Shown here: positions 25,688-35,053 of the stretch, piece by piece
Layout: each line of letters starts with the position of its first letter
Position numbering within the stretch: the stretch's first letter is position 1
Origin: Candidatus Staskawiczbacteria bacterium
GTDB lineage: Bacteria > Patescibacteriota > Minisyncoccia > Minisyncoccales > Staskawiczbacteraceae
Direction: 5' to 3'
DNA: 35,053 nt
NCBI GenBank assembly: GCA_943354455.1
Contig: CALRCB010000002.1
Coordinates: 1-35,053 of the forward strand
The notes under the pieces: model-generated
Database searches by the model: none
Told to the model about the DNA's origin: nothing
The model's input: the letters and a program-made list of their open reading frames with translations, nothing else
Program-made: the position numbers and the translations under genes

Positions 25688-28376
25688 ATTTCCTTGCCGA
25701 AACTTTTTCCTGCATAGCCACTTTTGGCAATAACGTTGGCAATTCAAACACAATCTGACCGTCTTTTTCATCAATTAATACCCGAGACCCTTCAGAAATT
25801 TCACTGGTCACAATTTTAATGGATAATGGATCCAAAATTAACCGCTGAATAACTCGTTTCAATGGCCTTGCCCCCAAATTTGCATCAAAACCTTCTTTTA
25901 GTAAAAATTCCTTGGCCTTTTCAGAAATTTTAATACTAATTTCTTTAGCTTTTAACCTCTTTTCCACTTTTGATAATTCCAAATCAACAATGGTTTTAAT
26001 TTCATCAGTTTTTAAGTAGTTAAAGATTACAACTTCATCAATTCTGTTTAAAAATTCTGGTCTGAATTGATCTTTCAACGAAGCCATTACCTTATCTTTC
26101 ATTGATTCGCGCTCGGCCAAATCCTGCTGACTTGAAAAACCAATGGCCGACATTTTATTAATAAAGTCCGATCCAATGTTAGAAGTCATAATAATAATGG
26201 TATTTTTAAAAGAAACCATTCTACCTTTTGAATCAGTAAGTCTTCCATCCTCAAAAATTTGCAACAAAATATTGAACACTTCCGGGTGGGCTTTTTCTAT
26301 TTCATCAAGTAAAATAATAGCATAAGGTCTTCGGCGTACTTTTTCTGTTAATTGGCCGGCTTCTTCATAGCCAACATATCCAGGAGGAGAGCCAATAATT
26401 TTTGAAACGGTGTGGCGCTCCATATATTCCGACATATCCAATCTTACTAAAGCCTTTTCGTCATTAAATAAAAATTCACCCAACGCCCGTGCCGTTTCGG
26501 TTTTTCCCACCCCTGTTGGGCCCAAAAATAAGAACGAACCAAGCGGCTTGTCTTCTTCTGAAATTCCAGCTCTAGCACGGCGAATTGCCCTTGAAATAGC
26601 TGAAATTGCCTCTTGTTGTCCTACTACCCTTCTATTTAGCGTGCCTTCCATTGTTTCCAGTTTTTTGGCTTCTTCGGCAATAAGTCTCATTACAGGAATT
26701 CCCGTCCATCGCGAAACAACCCTGGCCACATCTTCTTCGGTGACTTCTTCTTTCAAAAAGTGGTGGGTTTTTTGCAATTTTACCAATTTTTGCTCAACTT
26801 GTTTTTGCTCTTTTAATAATAGAGGAATTTTTCCGTATTTTATTTCCGCCACTTTTTCCAAATCCGCCTCGCGTTGGGCAATTTCAGTTTGACAGGACAA
26901 TTCGTCAATTTTCCTGCGAATGTCCTTAATTTTGTTAATTAATTCTTTTTCAGCGTCCCACTTTGCCCGCAAACCTTTGTTATTTTCTTTAATATTTGCT
27001 AATTCATTAGCAATGACTTTTAGCCTCTTTTCAGAATTTTTTTCTTTTTTTAATGCTTGTTTTTCAATTTCTAATTTAGTAATTTCTTCTTGAAATTTTT
27101 CCAATTCTTGCGGTTCAGACTCAATTTCTAGCCTTAGAGCAGACGCCGCTTCGTCCATTAAGTCCACTGCTTTGTCAGGTAAAAAACGGTCGGCAATGTA
27201 GCGACTTGATAATTCAACCGCCGCCTTAATAGCCGAATCTTTAATTCTGACTCCGTGGTGAACTTCGTATTTTTCTTTAATTCCCCGTAAAATGGCAATA
27301 GCATCTTCAATTGTTGGTTCTTGCACAAAAATCGGCTGAAAGCGTCGTTCCAGCGCAGAATCTTTTTCAATATATTTTTGGTATTCCTTTAACGTGGTTG
27401 CTCCAACCGTTTTTAATTCACCCCGAGCCAAAGCCGGTTTTAATAAATTTGAAGCATCAATAGCTCCCTCGGCCGCTCCCGCGCCCACCAAGGTATGCAA
27501 TTCATCAATAAATAAAATATATTTGCCTGATGACTTGGAAATTTCTTTTAATAATGCCTTTATTCTGGTTTCAAATTCACCGCGGTATTTTGTGCCGGCA
27601 ATAATAGCCCCTAAGTCCAGTGAAATCACCTCTTTATTCTTTAAAAATTGGGGCACATTCCCCCTGGCTATCCGTTGAGCTAATCCTTCCACAATGGCGG
27701 TTTTTCCCACCCCCGCTTCTCCAATTAATACGGGGTTGTTTTTTGTTCTGCGAGAAATAATTTGCATTAATCGGCGTATTTCATTGTCCCGACCCACAAT
27801 TGGGTCAATTTTACCGGAAACAGCCAAATCGGTTAAGTTCCTGGTATACTTTTCAATCACCTGATACTTTGATTCTGGCTCAGGGTCGGTAATTCTTTGG
27901 CCTCCGCGGATTTGAGATAAAATTCGCAATACGGTATCAAAATTTAACTTTGCGCTTGGCGAATCGCCAGACAAAGTAACTTTGTCTAAAATATCCCGGG
28001 CGGTTGATTTAGTGTCTAGTAATGCCAAAAACAAGTGTTCAACTGAGATAAATTCATCTTGCATATTGACTGATTCGTTCCTAGCCCTGTCTAACACCTT
28101 TGCCATATCTTGAGTTAAATAAAATTGCCCAAAAGCCGTTGGTGCTACCAAAGTTGAAATTTTTCCAATAGCCGTGTCAATTTTCTTTTTCAAAGCGTCA
28201 ATATCAGCTCCCAGTTTTTGCAAAACTGTCAGTACAATTGACCCTTCTTGCGATAATAAGGCATATAGCAAATGCAGGGCATCAATTTGTTGTTGCCCCT
28301 TTTCTTGCGCAATCATTTGAGCCGATAATATGGCATCCTGCGCTTTATTAGTAAAATTTGCTCCACCTTGATTCAT
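25686..28376 (-). CDS. clpB: ATP-dependent chaperone ClpB
   Basis: Clp N domain, two AAA+ modules ([16 protein letters not shown]), long coiled-coil M domain, RIDE motif. ATG 28376 preferred over GTG 28391. Confidence 0.93.
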   Translation of the reverse strand: MNQGGANFTNKAQDAILSAQMIAQEKGQQQIDALHLLYALLSQEGSIVLTVLQKLGADIDALKKKIDTAIGKISTLVAPTAFGQFYLTQDMAKVLDRARNESVNMQDEFISVEHLFLALLDTKSTARDILDKVTLSGDSPSAKLNFDTVLRILSQIRGGQRITDPEPESKYQVIEKYTRNLTDLAVSGKIDPIVGRDNEIRRLMQIISRRTKNNPVLIGEAGVGKTAIVEGLAQRIARGNVPQFLKNKEVISLDLGAIIAGTKYRGEFETRIKALLKEISKSSGKYILFIDELHTLVGAGAAEGAIDASNLLKPALARGELKTVGATTLKEYQKYIEKDSALERRFQPIFVQEPTIEDAIAILRGIKEKYEVHHGVRIKDSAIKAAVELSSRYIADRFLPDKAVDLMDEAASALRLEIESEPQELEKFQEEITKLEIEKQALKKEKNSEKRLKVIANELANIKENNKGLRAKWDAEKELINKIKDIRRKIDELSCQTEIAQREADLEKVAEIKYGKIPLLLKEQKQVEQKLVKLQKTHHFLKEEVTEEDVARVVSRWTGIPVMRLIAEEAKKLETMEGTLNRRVVGQQEAISAISRAIRRARAGISEEDKPLGSFLFLGPTGVGKTETARALGEFLFNDEKALVRLDMSEYMERHTVSKIIGSPPGYVGYEEAGQLTEKVRRRPYAIILLDEIEKAHPEVFNILLQIFEDGRLTDSKGRMVSFKNTIIIMTSNIGSDFINKMSAIGFSSQQDLAERESMKDKVMASLKDQFRPEFLNRIDEVVIFNYLKTDEIKTIVDLELSKVEKRLKAKEISIKISEKAKEFLLKEGFDANLGARPLKRVIQRLILDPLSIKIVTSEISEGSRVLIDEKDGQIVFELPTLLPKVAMQEKVSARK

Positions 28377-28465
28377 ATGGATATATGGCACCTATTATTA
28401 AATTATGGGTTCATATTAGCGTAAAATACCCCAAAAATCAAATTAGTGCATCGGATCATTCAATT

Positions 28466-28822
28466 TTACAAAACTTTTTTTACTAATAAATTCAATAATT
28501 GCTTGGCTTCAAAGCTGGCTGTTTGATTATCGATGGAATTGGAGAACAATCTCCACTGATTTAAAATATCTTTATCATTTAAATCCCTTAACTGGGTTTC
28601 CAAATTTAACCTTGTCTCAAAATTAACCTCTTGGTCAGACATCAACACTTTTTCTATGAATAAATTTGTGAATACCATAACTTTGGCATTTTGCTGTTGA
28701 GTTTGGTTATCTTGCTTGATTACGTTAGCGCTATTGAATATCGAAAGCATCAAAAATACATTACCTAAGAATAAAACTATGAAAAGGATGGTAAAAATAA
28801 ATTTTTTATTTAAAGATATCAT
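28466..28822 (-). CDS. Small membrane-anchored hypothetical protein
   Basis: N-terminal TM then helical domain; starts 17 nt after the giant gene stop. Confidence 0.8.
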   Translation of the reverse strand: MISLNKKFIFTILFIVLFLGNVFLMLSIFNSANVIKQDNQTQQQNAKVMVFTNLFIEKVLMSDQEVNFETRLNLETQLRDLNDKDILNQWRLFSNSIDNQTASFEAKQLLNLLVKKVL

Positions 28823-28839
28823 GAATGAATTAAATTTAA

Positions 28840-31800
28840 TTATTGATTATTCTGCCTTCTCTTAATAATTTTATGAACTTGGTAAGCAATATACAAAAAT
28901 ATGGCAAACAAACAAGAAAGTAATATCACAATCCCAGCATTAATGTTTACCCACCCAGGCACCCATGTGTCTTTATTTAGCTCAATATCAATGTACACCC
29001 CTGGACTTCCCCTTTCTATAGTGAATTTATCGCCAGTGTATTTTTTATAGTTTTTGGCGGTGACTTCCAAATAATAAGTTCCTTTTGGAGCCAAGAAAGA
29101 GTATTTACCAGTGTCATTGGTTTTTTGAGGGTTATTTTGGAGATATTTGTCGGCTGGCCAGAGTTGGTAATTATTGGTCTCTGTATTTAACCACCACAGT
29201 TGGACGGTGGCGCCGTTAATTATTAATTTGCCTTCGGGCAATTGAGTGTACACATAGCCTTCCGGATCCAATACGGTCTGCAGTCTGATTTCTTTAGGGG
29301 CGAGCTTTTTATCTCGGTAATCCATCACCGTGATGATTTCGTAGATACCTTCTACGCTTTGGGCATTAATCTTGGCGACGTAAAAATTTTTTTTGTCTAG
29401 TTGGTATTCAAACTTTTGGATCAAGAGGGCAGTTTGAGCAGGGGATTGTTCTGAAGCCTTGGCGTCGGTACCGGTCAAGGCAGCGGTGAAATATTCTAAT
29501 AATCTGGCTAGTCCAATGTTGTTTTCTTTTAAGTATTGAATGGCGGAAGTTTTTTTCCTTAACACCAAGTAGCCGGTAATACTGTCCACTGGCAATTTCG
29601 GTTTCACGATTAAGTCAAATGGCTTGTTGGCAATTAATTTTATCTTTTGAGTGGCTTTACCTTGACTATCAAAAGTCAAGTTAGTGCTAATGTCAATTAA
29701 TTGTCCGCCAGTTTTAACAAACACAATATCTGTCGGTACCTTTTTAGCTAATTCAACATCTAATTGGGCTAATGGAATTACCCGTAAAGATCCAGGCCCT
29801 GATTCAAAATCGGGAGTTAATAAAGATGATTCAGTAAAGCCTGGCAAGTTAAAATTAATGTCAGCGATTTTTTTAGCTTCGGGCGAATCCTTTTTAAGAT
29901 CGGCGTGTTTGTCGATTCCCACATCTTGCAGAAATTTATTGAACGAAGGGAACTTTTGGGAAAAAAACACAATATCTGAAGGAACAGAAGAAACGTCTAG
30001 CTCACCAATTAATTTGGTTGTTAATAAATCCCAGCCTTTAAACGCTTCTGGAGTTTTCTCTGGAATTTTAACCGGCACCGGCGGTTTTGGGATAAAAATA
30101 TTTATGATTTCATCTATCACCTGTCCAAAAAAACTTGGGCCATAAGTAATATTCGCCAAAAACACATCTGATGCTATTCCATTAGAGGTAAACAGTTTTA
30201 CATATACGGTTTTAGATCCATAGCCATCGGTTAGTTTCCAAGGTTTGGTTGATTGGTAGGTTTCTTGTCCAACATTAGAAAAATTTAAATAATTAGAAAT
30301 AGACATATTCTTAACATTGTCTCCTATCCCACTAATGGTTAACACAACATTTTGGTTGGTAGTGTTTGGTTTTCCATTATTTATCAATACCATAAAATTC
30401 CCCCTGGGCTTATCAAAGATTCCTGGAGAAATTCCACCGCCACTAGAAGCGGCAGATGTAGTAAAGCTTGAAGATCGCGGGTTAGAAGCAGACTCAAAGC
30501 TATGATTATCTATTATGTATGCATAATAATCATGTGATCCAACGGTATCTGAAGATAAAACCGTGTAACTGCAAGATGGGTTAGATGCGCTAGCCGAAGA
30601 AATACACCATTGACCTCCCGCCCCACATGTACCAGATGCGAAATCATTTGATTTGCAAACATATAAAGTGACTGTATCTGCAACACTATCCGTGTCTGAA
30701 TCAGAGGCGGTAGAAGTAAATGTAACCAAGCTTCCTACAGCAATAGACCCAGAAGTATTGGAAATCGTACTAAAACTTGGAGTGTGATTTACTTCAAATG
30801 GCGACCCATTGCTAGACAACCCTTGGCTAGACGAAGAACATAATGAAGATGTAGCATGATCACATGCGAATCCATACCAGGCATTTGTTTCTGAATCACC
30901 CACTAAGGCAGAGTAAGATACTGAAGCCTGACTACCGGAAGCGGTAGAAGAAGAAATTGCCCAATTGCCTCCAGTACATGTTGGAACAGCACTATTGTTA
31001 GCAGAAATGGCATTGGTTTTACAGATGGCAAGATAAAAATTATCTGATTGCGCGTCGGTGGCAGTAGCGGTAAAAGTAATATTGCTACCCACATTTACGG
31101 GACTATTAAGAGCGCCTCCATCAGAAGGGATAGCCGAAAATGAAGGAGCTACATTAAAAGTCCAGTTCGTATTATTGCCTCCATTAGTATTAGTGCCATT
31201 ACTAGCAACAATAGTGGCTCCTCCTGATGCGTCGGAATATGAAGGAGTTATATAAGAAATTGATTGGGTGACACCGGTACTGTTAACCGTTAGAAGCCAC
31301 GTGGTAGTAGCTGTTTTTGGTGAAATGGTTAATAATTGGCCTGAAGCACCGGTAAAGGTCAGCGATCCATTAGTTTTAATAGTCTGGGTTTTACTTGATT
31401 CAAATTTTACGGTACGGGCAGATGAAGCTGTTACCGCCAAACCATACCAAGTATTATTATCATTAATATCTTGGGTGCCAGAACCAGAGAAAGTAACCAT
31501 ACCAGATTGCGAAGCAAATGTACCGCCATTTGTCCAATCGCCTCCAACGGAAATACCATAATTGGTACCAGAAACATCCAGTGTGCCGACAGTAATAGTA
31601 ACATCATCACCAACAGTAAGAGTAGCTCCCAGCGTGGTAGTGCCAGCGTGGTTGATTGCAATACTATTGAAAGTTTCGTTGGCGTTGATGGTACCTCCTG
31701 CCACATCAAAGGTGACTGTGCCGGCTCTCTCGGTGAAAGTTCCAGCCCCGGTGTCTGTCCAAGACTTGGCGGTGATGGCGTAGTTGCTTGCACTTACATC

Positions 31801-34800
31801 TAAAGCACCTCCTGTAATTGTTAGTGTGTCATCAAGGTCTAGTGCGGCTCCGAGCGTGGTAGTAGTACCTGCATTGTTAATCGTTACGTTTTCAAAAGTT
31901 TCATTGGATTCTACCGTTCCGCCAACTCCTCCATTAGCAATAAATGTAACGGTACCAGATCGTTCGGTAAATGTTCCGGCACCCGTGTCAGACCAACTCT
32001 TAGCGCTAATGCCAAAACTAGAACCCCCAACATCCAAAGTACCGGCGGTTAAGGTGAGCGTTCCCCGAACTTCTAAAGTATCTTGCAAAGTATAAGTGCC
32101 TCCGGATCCGTTAATGGTAAGATCATAAAATACCGAACCCCCAGAAGTTATAGTAGCGCTCCCCGATGTACTAGTTAATGTTAAGGTGTTTTGCTGCAAA
32201 TCAAACGAAGCTCCATTATACCAGTTACCTCCAACTGCTAAAGGCCGGCCACCTGAGATGTCGGTACCTAAAGATGCATCCGATGCAATGGTCACATTTC
32301 CCGTAACCGTTAGACTGGAAGCTATCGTAAGTGAGGCACTACCAGTTACCTGTAAATTTCCGGTGATAGAAGTTAACGCAAACCCCGAAGTTGCGGCAGA
32401 GTTTGAAAGAGTAACATCATGAGCCGTAGTAATGCCGGTAAAAGTTTTGGTCCCAACAGCCGAAACGGCTAAGTCATAATAGGTGTGAGCCGTACCGCCA
32501 TTAGGATCTTTGATCGTAACCGTACCTCCTGAATAAGTTACAGTATTAGTGGAGGTGGAGGCGCTAAAAGTTCCGGCGCCGGCAAACGGAGTATTGGACG
32601 AAAGAGTCAGCGAAGAACCATTGCCCTGTGCCCAGTTACCAGTAAGAGTTATGGTACCAAGTGCTTGAACCACGCCACCGGTATAATTATTAGTAGTGGT
32701 TCCGCTGGAAATGGCCAGTGTGCCATTAAATAAAATCCCTCCAGTGCCCGACCCTCCCAAGTTGCCCACCAAACTAACTGCACCACCACTTGCGTATATG
32801 GTATTAGCACTATTTTGAGTAATTCCGGCACTATAGACAACGGTCGGACTTAAATCATCCATATTCAACGTCCCTCCACTATTTACGGTGACCGCTCCGG
32901 TGAAAGTTTTGGTTCCAGTGGCGGAAGTAGCAGTGCTGATGGTTCCGGTTACCGAAGTGGCTCCGGTGACGGTGAACGCAAAACCTACCATACTCAAAGT
33001 TCCGGCGGTGATGGTTAAATTATTTCCTACGGTGGTAGCATCTTGGGGAGTGTAAGTTCCGCCTGATCCGTTGATGGTTAAATTGTATAATGACGAACCG
33101 TTAGTTTTTAAGGTTGCGCTCGATGAAGTAGACGTTAAGGTAAGAGTAGAAGAACCGTGGGTAAACGTTCCATTGTTAGCAAAATTTCCACCAACGCTAA
33201 CCGGGTTAGCCGGAGCAAAAGTATGACTAGATGGAATGTATAAATGTTTTCCGGCAACGGTGGTAATAGTGGTGGTGCCGGTATAAATGGCATCAATATC
33301 AGTGTCGCCGTTATTGTTTGCCGTATTTATGTTGGCGTTACTTAATGAACAGGAATTATCACACCGAGTAATTAAATAATTTTGAAATAAATTAACTCCG
33401 GTTTGGTTGGCGCCGGTGGCGACGGTAACGGTGACTGCTTTTTGGGTGGCTCCGTCAAGGTATAATGTTAATACATCACCAGCTGAAATAGTAAGGCTGG
33501 CAATACTGTACACTCCCGACCCGTTACTGGTAGCAGTGCCTGCAGCGGCAGCCCCGTTAATGCTAATGGCAATACTGACGCTTGCTAGCGCCGTAGTCCC
33601 CTCGTCTGAATAAACCGTTCCACCAATTGAAACCGTGGAAGCAAACCAACCGGTGGTATTACCCGAATCCGTAGTATTTGCTGGATTAAGCGGAAGGGTG
33701 ATTCCGGTTGAACTATCAGTAACCGTATTGTAACTAACCGCTAAAAATCCAGTACTTGAGAAAGTAGAAGAGCCAGTAAAAGCAATGGTGGCTACGCTGG
33801 TGGTAGAAGCTGCAATCACCAGATTATCATTGGCGTCTAGACCGTCAAGGGTGAGGCTATTAGTAATCGTTGTGGTAGTACCGGAAGTAAAAGTTAAGGT
33901 TTTATTAGTTGAATCGTTAGTCGTTTCTTGTTTGATTAAATTGTAAAAGCTGGTAGTTCCTGAAAGTGTTTGATTTACTCCATTGAGGGTAACCGTACCG
34001 CTTCGGGCGGTAAAGGTTCCTAAATTAGACCAGTTACCTGCAACCGACAATGAATAGTTAGTTGCACTCACATCTAAGGTTGTACCTGAACCGATATCAT
34101 TTTTTCCAGTAACCGCCAAATTAGCACCCAGAGTCATAGTAGCTGTATTAGTTAAAGATATATTTCCACCGACGGTATTTAACACAAGACCCGAAGTTGA
34201 AGCGGAACCTGACATCGTAAAATCATTAGTGGTAGTAATACCAGTCATTGTTTTAGCTCCGCTACCCGACAAACCTAAATTAGAATATGCGTGAATAGTT
34301 CCACCATTGGGATCTTTAACAGTTTGAGTTCCCGATCTCGTATAATTTACGGTATTGGTAGCGGTAGAAGCACTAAAGGTTCCCGCGCCGGCAAAAGGAG
34401 TGGCGCTAGAAAGCGATAACGATGATCCATTGCCCTGCGCCCAATTACCGGTAAGAGTCAATGTACCGGCTACGGTGATGGTGCCTCCAGTGTAACTGTT
34501 AGTTGTTGTTCCACTAGAAACCGTCATCGCACCTCCCCAGATAATTCCTCCAGTCCCCGAGCCCGCTAGATTTCCTATTAAGTCGCTGGAACCGGCACCA
34601 AGGTTAGCAATGGTTGAACTATTTTGAGTAATACCCGCCCCAAAAACAAGTGCAGGGGAATTGCCGGCCATATAAAAGTTACCCCCCGAGTTTACCGTAA
34701 CCGCTCCTTGAAATGTGTTTACTCCGCCCAAATTACCGGTGTCCGTGCTAAGGGTGCCGGAAATTGAAGTAGTGCCGGCAAATGTAATAGCCGGCGAATC

Positions 34801-35053
34801 TAACTTAAGTGTTCCACTAGAAACGTTAAGATTACCAAATGTATAATTGCCCCCTATCGAAGCTATGCTAGTTGTAACTAAAGTTGTTCCAGGATTTATT
34901 GATAAGGTTCCGCCCGAACCAATCGCACCCGCCAAATTTATCGTAGCGGTACTCGTAGTGGTTAATTGAGCATAAGCTTCATCATTGGATGAAAAGCTAA
35001 TGCCAGTGGAAGCAGTAAGAGTTCCGGTACTTGCCGAAATTTTACCTATTTGT
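28840..35053 (-). CDS. Giant surface/adhesin-like protein, 5'-partial (more than 2070 aa)
   Basis: Frame is open from TTG 34935 to the window edge. Gly/Thr/Ser beta-repeats, Cys-containing Ig-like modules, carboxypeptidase-regulatory-like domain, C-terminal TM helix plus basic tail. Confidence 0.9.
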   Translation of the reverse strand, partial: QIGKISASTGTLTASTGISFSSNDEAYAQLTTTSTATINLAGAIGSGGTLSINPGTTLVTTSIASIGGNYTFGNLNVSSGTLKLDSPAITFAGTTSISGTLSTDTGNLGGVNTFQGAVTVNSGGNFYMAGNSPALVFGAGITQNSSTIANLGAGSSDLIGNLAGSGTGGIIWGGAMTVSSGTTTNSYTGGTITVAGTLTLTGNWAQGNGSSLSLSSATPFAGAGTFSASTATNTVNYTRSGTQTVKDPNGGTIHAYSNLGLSGSGAKTMTGITTTNDFTMSGSASTSGLVLNTVGGNISLTNTATMTLGANLAVTGKNDIGSGTTLDVSATNYSLSVAGNWSNLGTFTARSGTVTLNGVNQTLSGTTSFYNLIKQETTNDSTNKTLTFTSGTTTTITNSLTLDGLDANDNLVIAASTTSVATIAFTGSSTFSSTGFLAVSYNTVTDSSTGITLPLNPANTTDSGNTTGWFASTVSIGGTVYSDEGTTALASVSIAISINGAAAAGTATSNGSGVYSIASLTISAGDVLTLYLDGATQKAVTVTVATGANQTGVNLFQNYLITRCDNSCSLSNANINTANNNGDTDIDAIYTGTTTITTVAGKHLYIPSSHTFAPANPVSVGGNFANNGTFTHGSSTLTLTSTSSSATLKTNGSSLYNLTINGSGGTYTPQDATTVGNNLTITAGTLSMVGFAFTVTGATSVTGTISTATSATGTKTFTGAVTVNSGGTLNMDDLSPTVVYSAGITQNSANTIYASGGAVSLVGNLGGSGTGGILFNGTLAISSGTTTNNYTGGVVQALGTITLTGNWAQGNGSSLTLSSNTPFAGAGTFSASTSTNTVTYSGGTVTIKDPNGGTAHTYYDLAVSAVGTKTFTGITTAHDVTLSNSAATSGFALTSITGNLQVTGSASLTIASSLTVTGNVTIASDASLGTDISGGRPLAVGGNWYNGASFDLQQNTLTLTSTSGSATITSGGSVFYDLTINGSGGTYTLQDTLEVRGTLTLTAGTLDVGGSSFGISAKSWSDTGAGTFTERSGTVTFIANGGVGGTVESNETFENVTINNAGTTTTLGAALDLDDTLTITGGALDVSASNYAITAKSWTDTGAGTFTERAGTVTFDVAGGTINANETFNSIAINHAGTTTLGATLTVGDDVTITVGTLDVSGTNYGISVGGDWTNGGTFASQSGMVTFSGSGTQDINDNNTWYGLAVTASSARTVKFESSKTQTIKTNGSLTFTGASGQLLTISPKTATTTWLLTVNSTGVTQSISYITPSYSDASGGATIVASNGTNTNGGNNTNWTFNVAPSFSAIPSDGGALNSPVNVGSNITFTATATDAQSDNFYLAICKTNAISANNSAVPTCTGGNWAISSSTASGSQASVSYSALVGDSETNAWYGFACDHATSSLCSSSSQGLSSNGSPFEVNHTPSFSTISNTSGSIAVGSLVTFTSTASDSDTDSVADTVTLYVCKSNDFASGTCGAGGQWCISSASASNPSCSYTVLSSDTVGSHDYYAYIIDNHSFESASNPRSSSFTTSAASSGGGISPGIFDKPRGNFMVLINNGKPNTTNQNVVLTISGIGDNVKNMSISNYLNFSNVGQETYQSTKPWKLTDGYGSKTVYVKLFTSNGIASDVFLANITYGPSFFGQVIDEIINIFIPKPPVPVKIPEKTPEAFKGWDLLTTKLIGELDVSSVPSDIVFFSQKFPSFNKFLQDVGIDKHADLKKDSPEAKKIADINFNLPGFTESSLLTPDFESGPGSLRVIPLAQLDVELAKKVPTDIVFVKTGGQLIDISTNLTFDSQGKATQKIKLIANKPFDLIVKPKLPVDSITGYLVLRKKTSAIQYLKENNIGLARLLEYFTAALTGTDAKASEQSPAQTALLIQKFEYQLDKKNFYVAKINAQSVEGIYEIITVMDYRDKKLAPKEIRLQTVLDPEGYVYTQLPEGKLIINGATVQLWWLNTETNNYQLWPADKYLQNNPQKTNDTGKYSFLAPKGTYYLEVTAKNYKKYTGDKFTIERGSPGVYIDIELNKDTWVPGWVNINAGIVILLSCLFAIFLYIAYQVHKIIKRRQNNQ
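32384..34716 (-). repeat. Diverged internal duplication of about 175 aa within the giant gene
   Basis: Copies at about 34190-34716 and 32384-32907, 1809 nt apart. Shared GAVTVNSGG, AGITQNS, TLTGNWAQGNGSSL, PFAGAGTFSAST, KDPNGGT. Confidence 0.9.

Noticed and set aside
28377..28465. CIRCE or CtsR heat-shock operator before clpB
   Set aside because: Only fragments (CGCTAA, GGTGCCA); no TTAGCACTC-N9-GAGTGCTAA inverted repeat. A weak TTGATT-N17-TAATAT promoter is possible.
29684..33613. Short ORFs within the giant gene, and a DGR template/variable repeat pair
   Set aside because: The ORFs are shadows. The internal repeats differ at all base types, both copies are coding, and no reverse transcriptase is in the window.

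Overview
AT-rich bacterial chromosome segment, almost entirely minus-strand, read in the standard code (TGA ends secF; Trp is TGG). Gene content suggests Patescibacteria/CPR, probably Parcubacteria (inference): DUF2914, a CxxC-x17-CxxC protein, a sigma4/HARE-HTH-like protein, PG-binding surface proteins and a giant Thr/Ser/Gly-rich protein. Core genes are tRNA-Asn, secD, secF, secA, hpf, murB, clpB, a stand-alone tRNA-binding OB-fold and an ABC exporter. A NUDIX/CAP/phosphoesterase tail follows secA and includes a NUDIX pseudogene. Signals not in the ORF track: (1) a 32-codon signal-peptide micro-ORF predicted to release DFTILP, directly behind the ABC exporter; (2) an AAGGTCG motif upstream of three SD-less genes; (3) a candidate cascade of wHTH regulator, TAGGACAT repeats, ECF sigma, ECF-type promoter, anti-sigma, a 128-nt structured element and an S-layer-like gene; (4) repeated -10-N6-ATG leaderless architecture; (5) two perfect intergenic DnaA boxes; (6) three self-contained orphan cassettes with SD sequences. 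No CRISPR array, rRNA, integrase or transposase was seen. Family calls come from motif recognition, not database searches.
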